Positions 43,393-53,694 of a stretch of 64,000 bases of DNA are shown here, piece after piece (within the stretch, counting starts at the first letter, position 1; every line of letters starts with the position of its first letter). The stretch lies in assembly GCA_000585075.1 (NCBI GenBank), contig JEMY01000029.1, forward strand, positions 2,616 through 66,615. Reading direction: 5' to 3'. The notes under the pieces are model-generated. The model saw only the letters and a list, made by a program, of their open reading frames with translations, was not told the DNA's origin and ran no database searches. The position numbers were made by a program, and so were the translations under genes. Origin of the DNA: Candidatus Accumulibacter regalis. GTDB taxonomy: Bacteria > Pseudomonadota > Gammaproteobacteria > Burkholderiales > Rhodocyclaceae.

Positions 43393-43521
43393 AGGTCGAC
43401 GATCCGACGAAGTTCGGCCCCGGTGAGAGGCAATAGAGGGCAGGATTATGTCACAGCGCACCGGCCGCTGTCAGCGCCGGCTTGTACGCGCGGCCATCAG
43501 AGCCGCTTGCCGCACGAGTGA

Positions 43522-44361
43522 TCAGCGCGCCTGGCGCGCCGCCAGGTAGAGCGGCTCCACGCGCTGCGCATAAACGCGCAGATCGGCGATCCGTGACCCA
43601 TGCGACGGGTGCGTCGACAGCCACTGCGGCGGCTGTCCTCCCGAGGCACGCCCCATCTTCTCCCACAGCGAGATCGCCGCACTCGGATCGTAGCCGGCTC
43701 GCGCCGCCAGCTCGACGCCCATGCGATCGGCCTCCTGCTCCATTTCCCGCGAATTTGGGCGCATGAAAGCCAGGTCGCCGACGCCGCCGATGACGCTCTG
43801 CCCGAGACCGGAATCGACGCCAAAATAGGCGCCGATCAAGGCCCCTCCGATGGCTGCCGCGACGTTCAGGCCTGCAGCCTGGCCAGCTTTCTCGCGCCCG
43901 TGCTCGCGCAGCGCGTGCGCGATTTCGTGGCCCATCACCCCGGCGAGTTCGTCGTCGGTGATCTGCAACTGCTCGATCAAGCCGGTATATACCGCGATCT
44001 TGCCGCCGGGCATGCACCAGGCGTTGAGCTCCTTGGAGCTGACCACATTGACCTCCCACTTCCAGCCGGGCGCATCGGGGCGAAAAGCGGCGGTCACCGG
44101 GATCAGCCGGCGAGCGATTGCCCGCACGCGCTCGGTCTGCTGCGCATCGCGATTGAGCAGTTTCTTGCTCTGCGCCGCGTGCATCGCTTCCTGGTAAGCC
44201 TTGGCGGCCGAGCGATCGACCTCGGCCGACGAAACCAGCATGGTCTGCTCGCGATCGACGCCAACCCTGCCGCCGCCGGTCGTTCGGGTCGTCGTACAGC
44301 CCGTAACGGCAACGGCAGCGAGCACCACAAGTGCGCCACGAGCGCAGGAAAGGACAGTCAT
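43522..44361 (-). CDS. M48-family metallopeptidase lipoprotein
   Basis: Lipobox VTG-C, NAWCMPGGK, HEIAH zinc motif, EQEAD, STHP. Confidence 0.9.
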   Translation of the reverse strand: MTVLSCARGALVVLAAVAVTGCTTTRTTGGGRVGVDREQTMLVSSAEVDRSAAKAYQEAMHAAQSKKLLNRDAQQTERVRAIARRLIPVTAAFRPDAPGWKWEVNVVSSKELNAWCMPGGKIAVYTGLIEQLQITDDELAGVMGHEIAHALREHGREKAGQAAGLNVAAAIGGALIGAYFGVDSGLGQSVIGGVGDLAFMRPNSREMEQEADRMGVELAARAGYDPSAAISLWEKMGRASGGQPPQWLSTHPSHGSRIADLRVYAQRVEPLYLAARQAR

Positions 44362-45569
44362 TCTTTACCTCCAGAACCGTGTGCAAACCCGGCAATCGGC
44401 GCCGGGTGGCTGCCGCCGGGATCGTCGAGATCGCCGCTCTTCACGCCGACGGCGACGAAGAGCAGACCGAACAGCGCAAACGCCGAACTCATGGTGTAGG
44501 TGGGCCCGGCGCCCCAGGCGTCCCAGCTCCAGCCGCTCAGCAAACTGCCGAGCAGGCCTCCGGCGCCAAACGACAGGCTCGAGTACAGCGCCTGGCCACG
44601 CGCCTGACAGCGACCGGGAAACCAGCGATTGACGGCGGCGATCGCCGTCGCGTGGTAAGCACCGAAAGTCAGGCCATGCAGCAATTGCGCGATGACGATC
44701 AGCGGCACGCTTTCTACGCCCCAGCCGATCACCAGGAAGCGCGCGATAGCGGCCGCAAAACTGGCGAGAAGAATGGTACGCAGTCCAAAACGACGCAGCA
44801 AGCCGACCATGAAGAAGAAGACCACGATCTCGGCGAGAACGCCGAGCGACCACAGGCAGCCGACGGCGAACTTGCTGTAGTGATGGTCGGCGAGGTGAAT
44901 CGAGTAGAAAACGTAGAAGGCGCCGTGCGCCGCCGACATGGCTAAACACGCGGCAAAGAGCGCTTTGACCCGCCGCTGGCGAAGGATTTCCCCGACCGGC
45001 ACTTGCGCACCCGTCGCCCCATGCGACGGCGCCTCGGGAACCGCCAGGGCGTAGATCATAATCCCGGCCAGGGTCGCCGCGATCACCCACAGCAGCGCCG
45101 ACAGCGGCAACTGGTCGAGCAGCGCACCGGTGCCCATCACAGCGACAATGAAACCGATCGAACCCCACAGGCGGATTCGGCTGTAACGCGCCGGCTGCTC
45201 GCGCAGATGATCGAAGGTCAGCGTCTCGACCAGCGGCAGTGCGGCGCTCCAGAAAAAAGCCAGCAAGGCCATCGCCAGCAGCATCGCCTCGAAGCTGCGC
45301 ACGACAAAAAAACTCGCGAAACCGATCAGGCTGACGACGCCGGCGAGGCGCACGATGCCCACCCGTTGCCCCATACGATCGGCCAGGGCGCCCCACAGAT
45401 AGGGCGCGAACAGGCGCATCAGCTGCATCTGGGACATCAGCAAACCGATGTCCCAAGCGGAAAACGACAGCGACTGAAGGTAAAGCCCGAAATACGGAGA
45501 GAAAGCGCCGATGAAGGCGAAATAGAAGAAGTAGTAGCCGGAAAGACGCCAGTAGGGCAGAGCTTGCAT
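44358..45569 (-). CDS. MFS transporter (HcaT/MFS_1-like)
   Basis: GALADRMG, YSRIRLWGSIGF and about 12 TM segments. Confidence 0.86.
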   Translation of the reverse strand: MQALPYWRLSGYYFFYFAFIGAFSPYFGLYLQSLSFSAWDIGLLMSQMQLMRLFAPYLWGALADRMGQRVGIVRLAGVVSLIGFASFFVVRSFEAMLLAMALLAFFWSAALPLVETLTFDHLREQPARYSRIRLWGSIGFIVAVMGTGALLDQLPLSALLWVIAATLAGIMIYALAVPEAPSHGATGAQVPVGEILRQRRVKALFAACLAMSAAHGAFYVFYSIHLADHHYSKFAVGCLWSLGVLAEIVVFFFMVGLLRRFGLRTILLASFAAAIARFLVIGWGVESVPLIVIAQLLHGLTFGAYHATAIAAVNRWFPGRCQARGQALYSSLSFGAGGLLGSLLSGWSWDAWGAGPTYTMSSAFALFGLLFVAVGVKSGDLDDPGGSHPAPIAGFAHGSGGKE

Positions 45570-45605
45570 CCGGCAATTCTACCGGATGGCGCAAGGGCGG
45601 CCGGC

Positions 45606-45669
45606 GGCCGCCGGCTCGGCAAGCGGTTGGGCCGCCGGCTCGGCAAGCGGTTGCGCGCTTGCCGAGCCG
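45606..45669. repeat. 24-bp direct repeat x2 plus a 14-bp inverted copy
   Basis: GGCCGCCGGCTCGGCAAGCGGTTG at 45606-45629 and 45630-45653; CGCTTGCCGAGCCG at 45656-45669 is the reverse complement of the core. Confidence 0.9.
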
Positions 45670-45678
45670 CTCAGCCGT

Positions 45679-45930
45679 TCAATCGCTGTTCTTGTAAGCG
45701 ACCAGCATCCGGTACATCTGGTCCTTGAGCAGCAGGCGCTGTTTCTTCATCGTTTCGATGGTGAAGTCGTCGACCGGCAGGTCTTCCTCTTCGAGACGCT
45801 CGACCTCGCGCGTCAGTTGATGGTATTCGTCATACATCTCGCCGAACGGCTGGCTCGCGGCTTTCAGGGCGTGAATCGAATCCAGATACTCGGGGAAATC
45901 ATGGTACAGGTCGTGATGCTCGATGTGCAT
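45679..45930 (-). CDS. YdcH/DUF465-family small protein
   Basis: HDLYHDFPE...Y..L..EV...E...MKKQRLLLKDQMY. Confidence 0.85.
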   Translation of the reverse strand: MHIEHHDLYHDFPEYLDSIHALKAASQPFGEMYDEYHQLTREVERLEEEDLPVDDFTIETMKKQRLLLKDQMYRMLVAYKNSD

Positions 45931-46009
45931 GATCCTAGCCTCTCGCTGATCCCGGTCGGCCCGATGCGCGACCAGACCAAGCGATTATAACCAGAGCCAC
46001 CGGCAAGCG

Positions 46010-47125
46010 TCACGCGGCCCCGCCATCGCTTGCCGCGCCGGGAATACGAGGCGTGCTGCAACGCACGTCGCCACACTGGGCGCGATGGCGCAAGGCATGG
46101 TCGATCAACACCAGCGCGAGCATCGCTTCGGCGATCGGAGTCGCTCGAATGCCGACGCAGGGGTCGTGCCGGCCATGCGTTTCGACGCTTGCCGCGTTGC
46201 CCGCGCGGTCTACGGAACGGCGTGGCAGGCGAATGCTCGACGTCGGCTTGATCGCCAGACTGACGACGATGTCCTGGCCCGTGGAAATGCCGCCGAGCAC
46301 CCCGCCGGCGTGGTTGCTGAGGAAGCCCTGCGGCGTCATTTCGTCGCCATGCTCGCTGCCGCGCTGGGCAACGCTGGCAAAACCGGCGCCGATCTCGACG
46401 CCCTTGACCGCGTTGATGCTCATCATCGCGTAGGCGATCTCGGCATCCAGCCGGTCGTAGACCGGTTCGCCCCAGCCGGGCGGTACGCCATGGGCAGCGA
46501 CGGTGATCTTCGCGCCCACCGAATCGCCCGCCTTGCGCAGTCGATCCATGTACTCCTCGAGCTCGGCAACGATCGTCGCGTTCGGCGCGAAGAACGGATT
46601 GCCGGCGATCGCCGCGGCATCCAGGAAGGGAATCTCGAGCGGCCCGAGCTGGCTCATCCAGCCGCTGATGCTGACCCCGTAGCGCTCGCCCAGCCACTTG
46701 CGGGCAATCGCCCCGGCGGCGACACGCACCGCCGTCTCGCGTGCCGACGAGCGACCGCCACCGCGATGATCGCGAAAACCGTACTTCTGCGTGTAGACGT
46801 AGTCGGCGTGCCCCGGGCGGAAGGTCTCGGCAATATTGCCGTAGTCCTTGCTGCGCTGGTCCTGATTGCGGATCAGCAGGCCAATCGGCGTCCCCGTCGT
46901 GCGGCCCTCGAAGACGCCGGAGAGGATCTCGACCTGATCCGGCTCGCGCCGCTGCGTCACGTGCCGGGAGGTTCCCGGCCGACGGCGGTCGAGCTGGCAC
47001 TGAATGTCGGCTTCCGAAATCGCCAGCCCGGGCGGGCAGCCATCAACGACGCAGCCGATCGCCGGACCGTGTGACTCACCGAACGAAGTCACGGTGAACA
47101 GCGTGCCAATCGTGTTGCCGGACAT
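46010..47125 (-). CDS. aroC: Chorismate synthase
   Basis: [27 protein letters not shown]. Confidence 0.97.
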   Translation of the reverse strand: MSGNTIGTLFTVTSFGESHGPAIGCVVDGCPPGLAISEADIQCQLDRRRPGTSRHVTQRREPDQVEILSGVFEGRTTGTPIGLLIRNQDQRSKDYGNIAETFRPGHADYVYTQKYGFRDHRGGGRSSARETAVRVAAGAIARKWLGERYGVSISGWMSQLGPLEIPFLDAAAIAGNPFFAPNATIVAELEEYMDRLRKAGDSVGAKITVAAHGVPPGWGEPVYDRLDAEIAYAMMSINAVKGVEIGAGFASVAQRGSEHGDEMTPQGFLSNHAGGVLGGISTGQDIVVSLAIKPTSSIRLPRRSVDRAGNAASVETHGRHDPCVGIRATPIAEAMLALVLIDHALRHRAQCGDVRCSTPRIPGAASDGGAA

Positions 47126-47562
47126 GGCTTTCTCTTGAGCGTTAGAATGGGCGCAAAGTCTACCATAGCGCTCAGCACGCTGATCCGAAGCCAGCCCGAT
47201 GACCGACAAGCCTGCACGTCCCGGCAAACCGCTGCCGACGTCCACCCCGAAAACGCCCGCGCGGCAGCCACCCTCGCCGCCCGGGAACGCACTGCGCCAG
47301 GCGGACACACGCTGGCAGCGAACGGTCCGCTATGCCTGGGACAAGGGAGGGAGCAGGGGCGGCAGGTAGGCCGCGCGCCTGCCCGGTACGCGCGCCCGAG
47401 CCCGCTGCCGCCGGTCCTTTCAGCCAGCGTCGACGACAGGCGCCTGAGCCACGGTCACGGTCACGGCCACGCAGTGTCGCCGGAAGGCGCAAGAATCGGG
47501 TGGTCGGGGAGCGCTGCCGAGACGACAATCGCAGCCTATCACCCCCCATACGAAAGGCTGTC

Positions 47563-48441
47563 ATGACTGCTGCCAGCATCACCCGACTGTTCCTGCTCGC
47601 TGCGATCTGGGGCGCCTCTTTTCTGTTCATGCGCGTCAGCGTCCCCGCCTTCGGACCCGTCGCGCTGATCACCTTTCGCGTCGGCATTGCCGCGGTATTT
47701 CTCTGGCTGGTCGCCCGCGTCCTCAAGCAATCCCTGGAAATGGGTCGCAAGTGGAAGTACTTCCTGAGCATTGGCGTCCTCAACTCGGCGCTCCCCTTCC
47801 TTCTTTTCGCCTACGCGGCGCAATCGCTCCCGGCGTCGCTGCTGGCCATTCTCAACGCCACCTCGCCGCTCTTCGGAGCGGCGATCGGGACGCTCTGGCT
47901 GAGCGTTCCGCTGACCGGCGCCGTCGCCCTCGGTCTGGGCTGCGGCCTGGCCGGGGTCAGCGTCCTCGTTGGCCAGAACCTCGCGCTGGCCGGTAGTGCC
48001 GAGTGGCCAGCGGTCGCCGCCGGGCTGCTCGCGCCGCTCTCCTACAGCCTGGCGAGCATCTACACCAAGGCCCACCCCGGCCTGGCAACACCCTTCGCCA
48101 ACGCCCACGGCAGCATGTGGATGGCCACGCTGGTACTGCTGCCGCTGTTCCTTCTTGCCCCGGTCCGGCATGCGCCGGACGGCGGCGACTGGGCAGCCGT
48201 GTCGCTACTGGCCATCGTCTGCACCGGTGCCGCCTACCTGCTCTACTTTCGCCTGATCGAAGACGTCGGCCCGACGCGCGCGCTTTCGGTGACCTTTCTG
48301 ATTCCCGTCTTCGGCGTCCTCTGGGGTGCGCTGTTCCTCGACGAAGCGGTCGGCTGGCACACCCTGATCGGCGGCGCACTGATCCTCACCGGCATCGCGC
48401 TGACCGCCGGCCTAGTCGGCCCGCGCGGCCAAACGGCATGA
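47563..48441 (+). CDS. DMT/EamA-family transporter
   Basis: AAIWGASFLF and two EamA repeats with about 10 TM segments. Confidence 0.88.
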   Translation: MTAASITRLFLLAAIWGASFLFMRVSVPAFGPVALITFRVGIAAVFLWLVARVLKQSLEMGRKWKYFLSIGVLNSALPFLLFAYAAQSLPASLLAILNATSPLFGAAIGTLWLSVPLTGAVALGLGCGLAGVSVLVGQNLALAGSAEWPAVAAGLLAPLSYSLASIYTKAHPGLATPFANAHGSMWMATLVLLPLFLLAPVRHAPDGGDWAAVSLLAIVCTGAAYLLYFRLIEDVGPTRALSVTFLIPVFGVLWGALFLDEAVGWHTLIGGALILTGIALTAGLVGPRGQTA

Positions 48442-49316
48442 ACGAGCTCGCTGCCCGCTGTCGTGCCTACGACACGGTCGCCCGGGCGATTCGCTTCGTC
48501 AGGGAGCGCAGGCCCTGTCAGCCCACGCTGCAGGAGGTCGCCGCGCACGTCGGCCTGAGCCATTTTCATCTGCAGCGACTGTTCAGTGTCTGGGTCGGCA
48601 TCTCGCCGAAGCGCTTCCTGCAATACCTGACCACCGAACACGCCCGCTCGCTGTTGCGTGGCGAGTACGACGTCCTCGCCGCAGCGCACGCGGCAGGGCT
48701 CTCCGGACCCGGCCGGCTCCATGATCTGATGGTCGCTTGCGACGCGGCGACACCGGGCGAGGTGCGCTCGCTGGGCGCAGGGCTGCTGATCACCTATGGC
48801 TTCGGACCGACGCCGTTCGGCTGGGTCATTGCCGGCACTACCCCGCGCGGGCTGTGCCATCTGCAGTTCGTGAACGCCAGTGACCATCTCGACGCCGACG
48901 ACGCCAGCGACGCCGCACGGCAACTGCAAGCCGACTGGCAACACGCCCGGCTGGTCCGCGACGATGCGGCACTGGCCACGAGCATCGCCCGCGCCTTCGC
49001 TCGCAGCGGCCAGGGACAAGCGCTCCACGTCCTGCTCAAGGGCACGAATTTCCAGCTCAAGGTGTGGCAGGCGCTGATCAACGTCGCCCCGGGGGAAGTG
49101 GTCTCGTACGGCGAACTGGCGGCGCGTATCGATCACCCGCGCGCGCAACGCGCGGTCGGTTCGGCGCTCGCACGCAACCGTATCGCGGTGCTGATTCCTT
49201 GCCATCGCGTCATTCGCGAGAATGGCGAGATCGGCAGCTATCGTTGGGGAGGCGACCGAAAACAGGCGTTGCTGGCCGCCGAAGCGGCGCGCACCGTCAC
49301 CCATGCCTGCCCATGA
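48438..49316 (+). CDS. AraC-HTH fused methylated-DNA--protein-cysteine methyltransferase (Ada-like, no Zn domain)
   Basis: GLSHFHLQRLF...GISPKRF HTH, GTNFQLKVW, IPCHRVI acceptor Cys; ATGA overlap with the DMT gene. Confidence 0.88.
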   Translation: MNELAARCRAYDTVARAIRFVRERRPCQPTLQEVAAHVGLSHFHLQRLFSVWVGISPKRFLQYLTTEHARSLLRGEYDVLAAAHAAGLSGPGRLHDLMVACDAATPGEVRSLGAGLLITYGFGPTPFGWVIAGTTPRGLCHLQFVNASDHLDADDASDAARQLQADWQHARLVRDDAALATSIARAFARSGQGQALHVLLKGTNFQLKVWQALINVAPGEVVSYGELAARIDHPRAQRAVGSALARNRIAVLIPCHRVIRENGEIGSYRWGGDRKQALLAAEAARTVTHACP

Positions 49317-49451
49317 ACACTCGCCACCGGTCAGCGAACGACGCCCACGGCGAGCACCGTATTCTCTCGTCAACGGCAAATAATTTCACAGTCGAAACGC
49401 CGCTTGTCGTTAGAATCGGGACCTTCTCCATTGTCACTTCGCGCCAGAAAA

Positions 49452-51083
49452 ATGACTGATGCAAGCCTGCTCGTCGAACTGATCAGCCACTCCGCCGCGC
49501 GCAATCCGGACGCCATCGCGCTCAGCTACGGCAAGCAGTCGATGAGCTACGGCGAGCTGCAACGGTCGATCGACGGCCTCGTCGCCGGCCTCGTCGGCCT
49601 CGGCCTGCAGCGCGGCGAGCGCATCGCGATCTACCTCGAAAAGCGCTTCGAAACGGTCGTCGCCAGTTTCGGCGCAACCGCCGCCGGTTGCGTCTTCGTG
49701 CCGCTCAATCCGCTGCTCAAGGCTGATCAGGTGGCCTACATCATGCGCGACTGCAATGTCCGCGCGCTGCTCACCTCCAGCGAACGCCTGTCGCTGCTCG
49801 CCCCCGTGCTGCCGTCGTGCCACGACCTGCGCCACGTGCTGCTGACCGGCAGCGAGCCGCCGCCCGCCACTGACGGTCCGCTCGCCTACCTGCGCTGGGA
49901 CGATCTGCTGCAGGCCGGCGGCCGGAGCGGTCACCGGGTGATCGACACCGACATGGCGGCGATCCTGTACACCTCGGGCAGCACCGGCAAGCCGAAAGGC
50001 GTCGTGCTCTCGCACCGCAATATGGTCGCCGGCGCCAAGAGCGTCGCCAGCTACCTCGAAAACACGGCCAACGACACTCTGTTGGCCGCACTGCCGCTCT
50101 CTTTCGATGCCGGCTTCAGCCAGCTGACCACCGCTTTCCACGCCGGTGCGCGCGTCGTCCTGCTCAACTACCTGCTACCGCGCGACGTGCTCAAGGCGCT
50201 GGCGCGCGAGCAGGTGACCGGACTGACCGCGGTACCGCCGCTCTATATTCAGCTCGCGGAACTTGAATGGCCGGCGGCGGTCGGCGAGCACCTGCGCTAC
50301 TTCGCCAATACCGGCGGGCGCATGCCGCGCGAAACGCTGGCCAGCCTGCGCCGCCACCTCCCGGCCAGCAAACCGTATCTGATGTACGGCCTGACCGAAG
50401 CCTTTCGCTCGACCTACCTGCCGCCGGACGAAGTCGACCGGCGCCCCGATTCGATCGGCAAGGCGATCCCCAACGCCGAGATACTGGTGCTGCGCGAAGA
50501 CGGCTCGCCGTGCGCCGCGCACGAACCCGGCGAGCTCGTGCACCGTGGCGCGCTGGTCGGCATGGGCTACTGGAACGATCACGAAAAGACGGCCGAACGC
50601 TACAAACCGCTGCCCGCCAACACGCCGGGTCGCGATGCCGGCCTGGTGCTCCCGGAAATTGCCGTCTTCTCGGGCGATACGGTGCGCAGCGACGAGGAAG
50701 GTTTTCTTTACTTCATCGGTCGTCGCGATGAAATGATGAAGACCTCGGGCTACCGGGTCAGCCCGACCGAAGTCGAAGAAGTCCTCTACGCGACCCGGTT
50801 GGTCGGTGAATGCGTCGCTTTCGGCGTCGACCACCCGACGCTCGGACAGGCCATCCAGGTCATCGCCACACCCGCGTCGGGCAGCGCTCTGGACAGCGCC
50901 GAACTGCTCGCCGAGTGTCGCCGCCGGATGCCCGCCTACATGGTACCGGCGGCGGTGACCGTGTATCCCGGGGCACTGCCGCGCAACCCCAACGGCAAGA
51001 TCGATCGAAAATTGCTGGCTGGCGAGTTCGTCGCCAGCCAGGGCGATGCGACCGCGGCAGCGCAAGCAAAGGAGCACCCGTGA
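49452..51083 (+). CDS. Acyl-CoA ligase (AMP-forming), exosortase A system-associated type
   Basis: YTSGSTGKPKG, LPLSFDAG, YGLTEAFRSTYL, PRNPNGKIDR. Confidence 0.88.
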   Translation: MTDASLLVELISHSAARNPDAIALSYGKQSMSYGELQRSIDGLVAGLVGLGLQRGERIAIYLEKRFETVVASFGATAAGCVFVPLNPLLKADQVAYIMRDCNVRALLTSSERLSLLAPVLPSCHDLRHVLLTGSEPPPATDGPLAYLRWDDLLQAGGRSGHRVIDTDMAAILYTSGSTGKPKGVVLSHRNMVAGAKSVASYLENTANDTLLAALPLSFDAGFSQLTTAFHAGARVVLLNYLLPRDVLKALAREQVTGLTAVPPLYIQLAELEWPAAVGEHLRYFANTGGRMPRETLASLRRHLPASKPYLMYGLTEAFRSTYLPPDEVDRRPDSIGKAIPNAEILVLREDGSPCAAHEPGELVHRGALVGMGYWNDHEKTAERYKPLPANTPGRDAGLVLPEIAVFSGDTVRSDEEGFLYFIGRRDEMMKTSGYRVSPTEVEEVLYATRLVGECVAFGVDHPTLGQAIQVIATPASGSALDSAELLAECRRRMPAYMVPAAVTVYPGALPRNPNGKIDRKLLAGEFVASQGDATAAAQAKEHP

Positions 51084-52324
51084 GCGAAGTGCAACGCAGC
51101 TTCCCCAGCCACGCAGCCATGGACCAGTTCCCGGTTGCCGACGGCGAACTCGTCGTCGGCGGCATGGCGCTGACCCGACTCGCCGCGCGCGTCGGACAAA
51201 CCCCCTTCTACGCCTACGACCGCAGCCTGCTGACGCGGCGGGTTGGCGAGTTGCGCGCCGTCCTTCCGTCGGTGCTGAAACTGCACTATGCGATGAAAGC
51301 CAACCCGATGCCGGCGCTGGTCTGCCACATGGCAGGACTGGTCGACGGCATCGACGTCGCCTCTGCCGGCGAGTTGAAGGTCGCCCTCGACGCCGGCGCA
51401 AATCCGCGCGATATCAGCTTCGCCGGGCCGGGAAAACAAGGCGCGGAGTTGCGCCAGGCCGTCGCCGCCGGCATCCTGATCAACGTCGAATCGTTCCGTG
51501 AAGTCGCCGAACTGGCAGCCATAAGCGCACAGACGGGCAACAAGGCCCGCATCGCAGTTCGTGTGAACCCCGACTTCGAACTGAAGAGCTCGGGAATGAA
51601 GATGGGCGGCGGTGCCAAGCAGTTCGGCGTCGACGCCGAGCAGGTGCCGGCGCTGCTCACCGAGATCGGCCGCGCCGGGCTGTCCTTCGAGGGCTTCCAC
51701 CTCTTTGCCGGCTCACAGAATCTCAAGCCGGAAGCGATCGTCGAGGCGCAGAGCAAAAGTTTCGACCTCGCCCTGCGCCTGGCCCGGGAAGCGCCCTCGC
51801 CGGTTCGTTTCCTCAACCTTGGTGGCGGCTTCGGCATTCCCTACTTCCCCGGGGAAAAGCACCTTGACCTGGCACCGATTGGCGCCGGGCTGGCGACGAT
51901 CAGCGAACGCGCGGCGAAGGAACTCCCACAAGCCGAACTGGTCATTGAACTGGGGCGCTACCTGGTCGGCGAAGCGGGCATCTACGTCAGTCGCATCGTC
52001 GACCGCAAGATCTCGCGCGGCCACTGTTTCCTGGTCACTGACGGCGGTCTGCACCACCATCTGTCGGCGTCGGGCAATTTCGGCCAGGTCATCCGCAAGA
52101 ACTACCCGGTCGCCATTGGCAACCGGATGGCGCCGAGCGAGCGTGAAATGGTTTCCGTCGTCGGCCCGCTGTGCACGCCGCTCGACCTGCTCGCCGACCG
52201 GATGGAACTGGCCGTCGCCGAAGCGGGGGATCTGGTGGTGATCTTTCAATCCGGCGCCTACGGCGCCAGCGCCAGTCCGCAGGCCTTTCTCGGCCATCCC
52301 GCCTGCCTCGAGACCATGGTTTGA
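51080..52324 (+). CDS. PLP-dependent decarboxylase (fold III, DAP-decarboxylase-like), exosortase A system-associated type
   Basis: HYAMKANP, HLFAGSQ, NLGGGFG, ELGRY, GPLCTPLD; GTG start overlapping the ligase stop, AAGGAG RBS. Confidence 0.88.
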   Translation: MSEVQRSFPSHAAMDQFPVADGELVVGGMALTRLAARVGQTPFYAYDRSLLTRRVGELRAVLPSVLKLHYAMKANPMPALVCHMAGLVDGIDVASAGELKVALDAGANPRDISFAGPGKQGAELRQAVAAGILINVESFREVAELAAISAQTGNKARIAVRVNPDFELKSSGMKMGGGAKQFGVDAEQVPALLTEIGRAGLSFEGFHLFAGSQNLKPEAIVEAQSKSFDLALRLAREAPSPVRFLNLGGGFGIPYFPGEKHLDLAPIGAGLATISERAAKELPQAELVIELGRYLVGEAGIYVSRIVDRKISRGHCFLVTDGGLHHHLSASGNFGQVIRKNYPVAIGNRMAPSEREMVSVVGPLCTPLDLLADRMELAVAEAGDLVVIFQSGAYGASASPQAFLGHPACLETMV

Positions 52325-52466
52325 GAGCAGCAGGGCTTGCCTGGCTGCAGACGACGACCTCGGTCGCTGCGCCGTTGATTGCGCCAGCAGGTGCGCAGCG
52401 GTACGCCCGGCAAGCTTCGCCGCCAGCCCCTTGCCCAGCCAACAATAAGAATCGATTCGACGCGCC

Positions 52467-53648
52467 ATGAAACCAACTGCCACGGAACGTTCGCCGCTGC
52501 CACGCAGCCCGGTACTCGACTGGTCCAGCTTTTCGGGGAAGCCGAGGTCGGCGGGCGTCAGCAGCATCGATGACCTCAGACACTCGGTGACGACCACCAG
52601 CGGGCGCGCGGCCATCTATCACGCCCTGCTGCAACTGCGCCTGCCACCCGGAAGCCTGGTCCTGGCACCCAGCTACCACTGCCCGACGATGATCGCACCG
52701 GCAATCCTGGCCGGCCTTGAAGTCGGCTATTTTGCCATCCGTGCCGACGGACTACCCCACCTGAACAGCGTGGACGCGGCCACCGCAGGCAGGGCCAAGG
52801 CGATGATCGTTTCGCACTACTTCGGTCTGGCGCGATCGCTGGCAGAAGTCCGGCAGTGGTGTGACGAGCATCGCATCGCGCTCATCGAAGACTGCGCGCA
52901 CTGCTACTTCGGCGACGCCGGCGAAAGGCCGGTGGGCACCTGGGGGGACTTCTCCACGGCCAGCCTGTCCAAGTTCTTTCCGGTTCCCGAAGGCGGCGTA
53001 CTGGCCTCCGCCGGGCAAGCCCTCACCCCCCTGCCCCTTTCCGCCCCGGGCTTAAAGGCACAACTCAAGGGCTGCGTCGACGTCCTTGAGATCGCCGTCC
53101 GGCACGGGCGCCTTGCCGGCGTCAATCGCCTGCTGGCCAGCGTCTTCCGGCTCAAGAACACGCTCGGGAAGCACAAGGCGACGGGCGGCGGCAAAGAGAC
53201 CTCGGCGCTGGTCCGAATGATGCAGAGCTGTGACATGGAACGTATCTCGCAGGCGCCATTATGGGCAACGCTGGCGCTGAAAGCGACCTTGCCGCGTGGT
53301 CCGATCATTGCGCGACGGCGGCAGAACTTTGCCATCTATGCCCGACACTTTGCCCAGGTACGCGGTGCGCGAGCGCTCCTTCCCCCGCCGGATGCCGACG
53401 CCGTACCCTACGTTTTCCCCTTGTGGGTCGAGGAGCCCGATCGCATCTACCACGCGCTGCGCGCACAGGAATTCCCGGTCTTTCGCTGGGACAACCTCTG
53501 GCCCGGGACACCACGGCTAGGCGATGACGTCGGCCCCGAATGGAGCCATCACGTCCTGCAGCTGCTGTGCCATCAGAACCTCGACGACAGCGATGTCACG
53601 AACACGGCGCTGGCGACCCTGAGCTTGCTGGCCAACCCGCAAGCCTAG
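52467..53648 (+). CDS. DegT/DnrJ/EryC1/StrS-family PLP aminotransferase-like protein
   Basis: SGRAAI, PSYHC, HYFG, IEDCAH, SLSKFF. Confidence 0.8.
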   Translation: MKPTATERSPLPRSPVLDWSSFSGKPRSAGVSSIDDLRHSVTTTSGRAAIYHALLQLRLPPGSLVLAPSYHCPTMIAPAILAGLEVGYFAIRADGLPHLNSVDAATAGRAKAMIVSHYFGLARSLAEVRQWCDEHRIALIEDCAHCYFGDAGERPVGTWGDFSTASLSKFFPVPEGGVLASAGQALTPLPLSAPGLKAQLKGCVDVLEIAVRHGRLAGVNRLLASVFRLKNTLGKHKATGGGKETSALVRMMQSCDMERISQAPLWATLALKATLPRGPIIARRRQNFAIYARHFAQVRGARALLPPPDADAVPYVFPLWVEEPDRIYHALRAQEFPVFRWDNLWPGTPRLGDDVGPEWSHHVLQLLCHQNLDDSDVTNTALATLSLLANPQA

Positions 53649-53694
53649 ACAAACGCTTTCGTCGCGTCGAACAACCACGGAAAGACGACCGACC

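Noticed and set aside
47135-47566. 143-aa ORF with HGHGHG as a metal-binding protein
   Set aside because: Low complexity, no clear RBS, overlaps the aroC promoter region and the DMT start; kept only as a low-score repeat note
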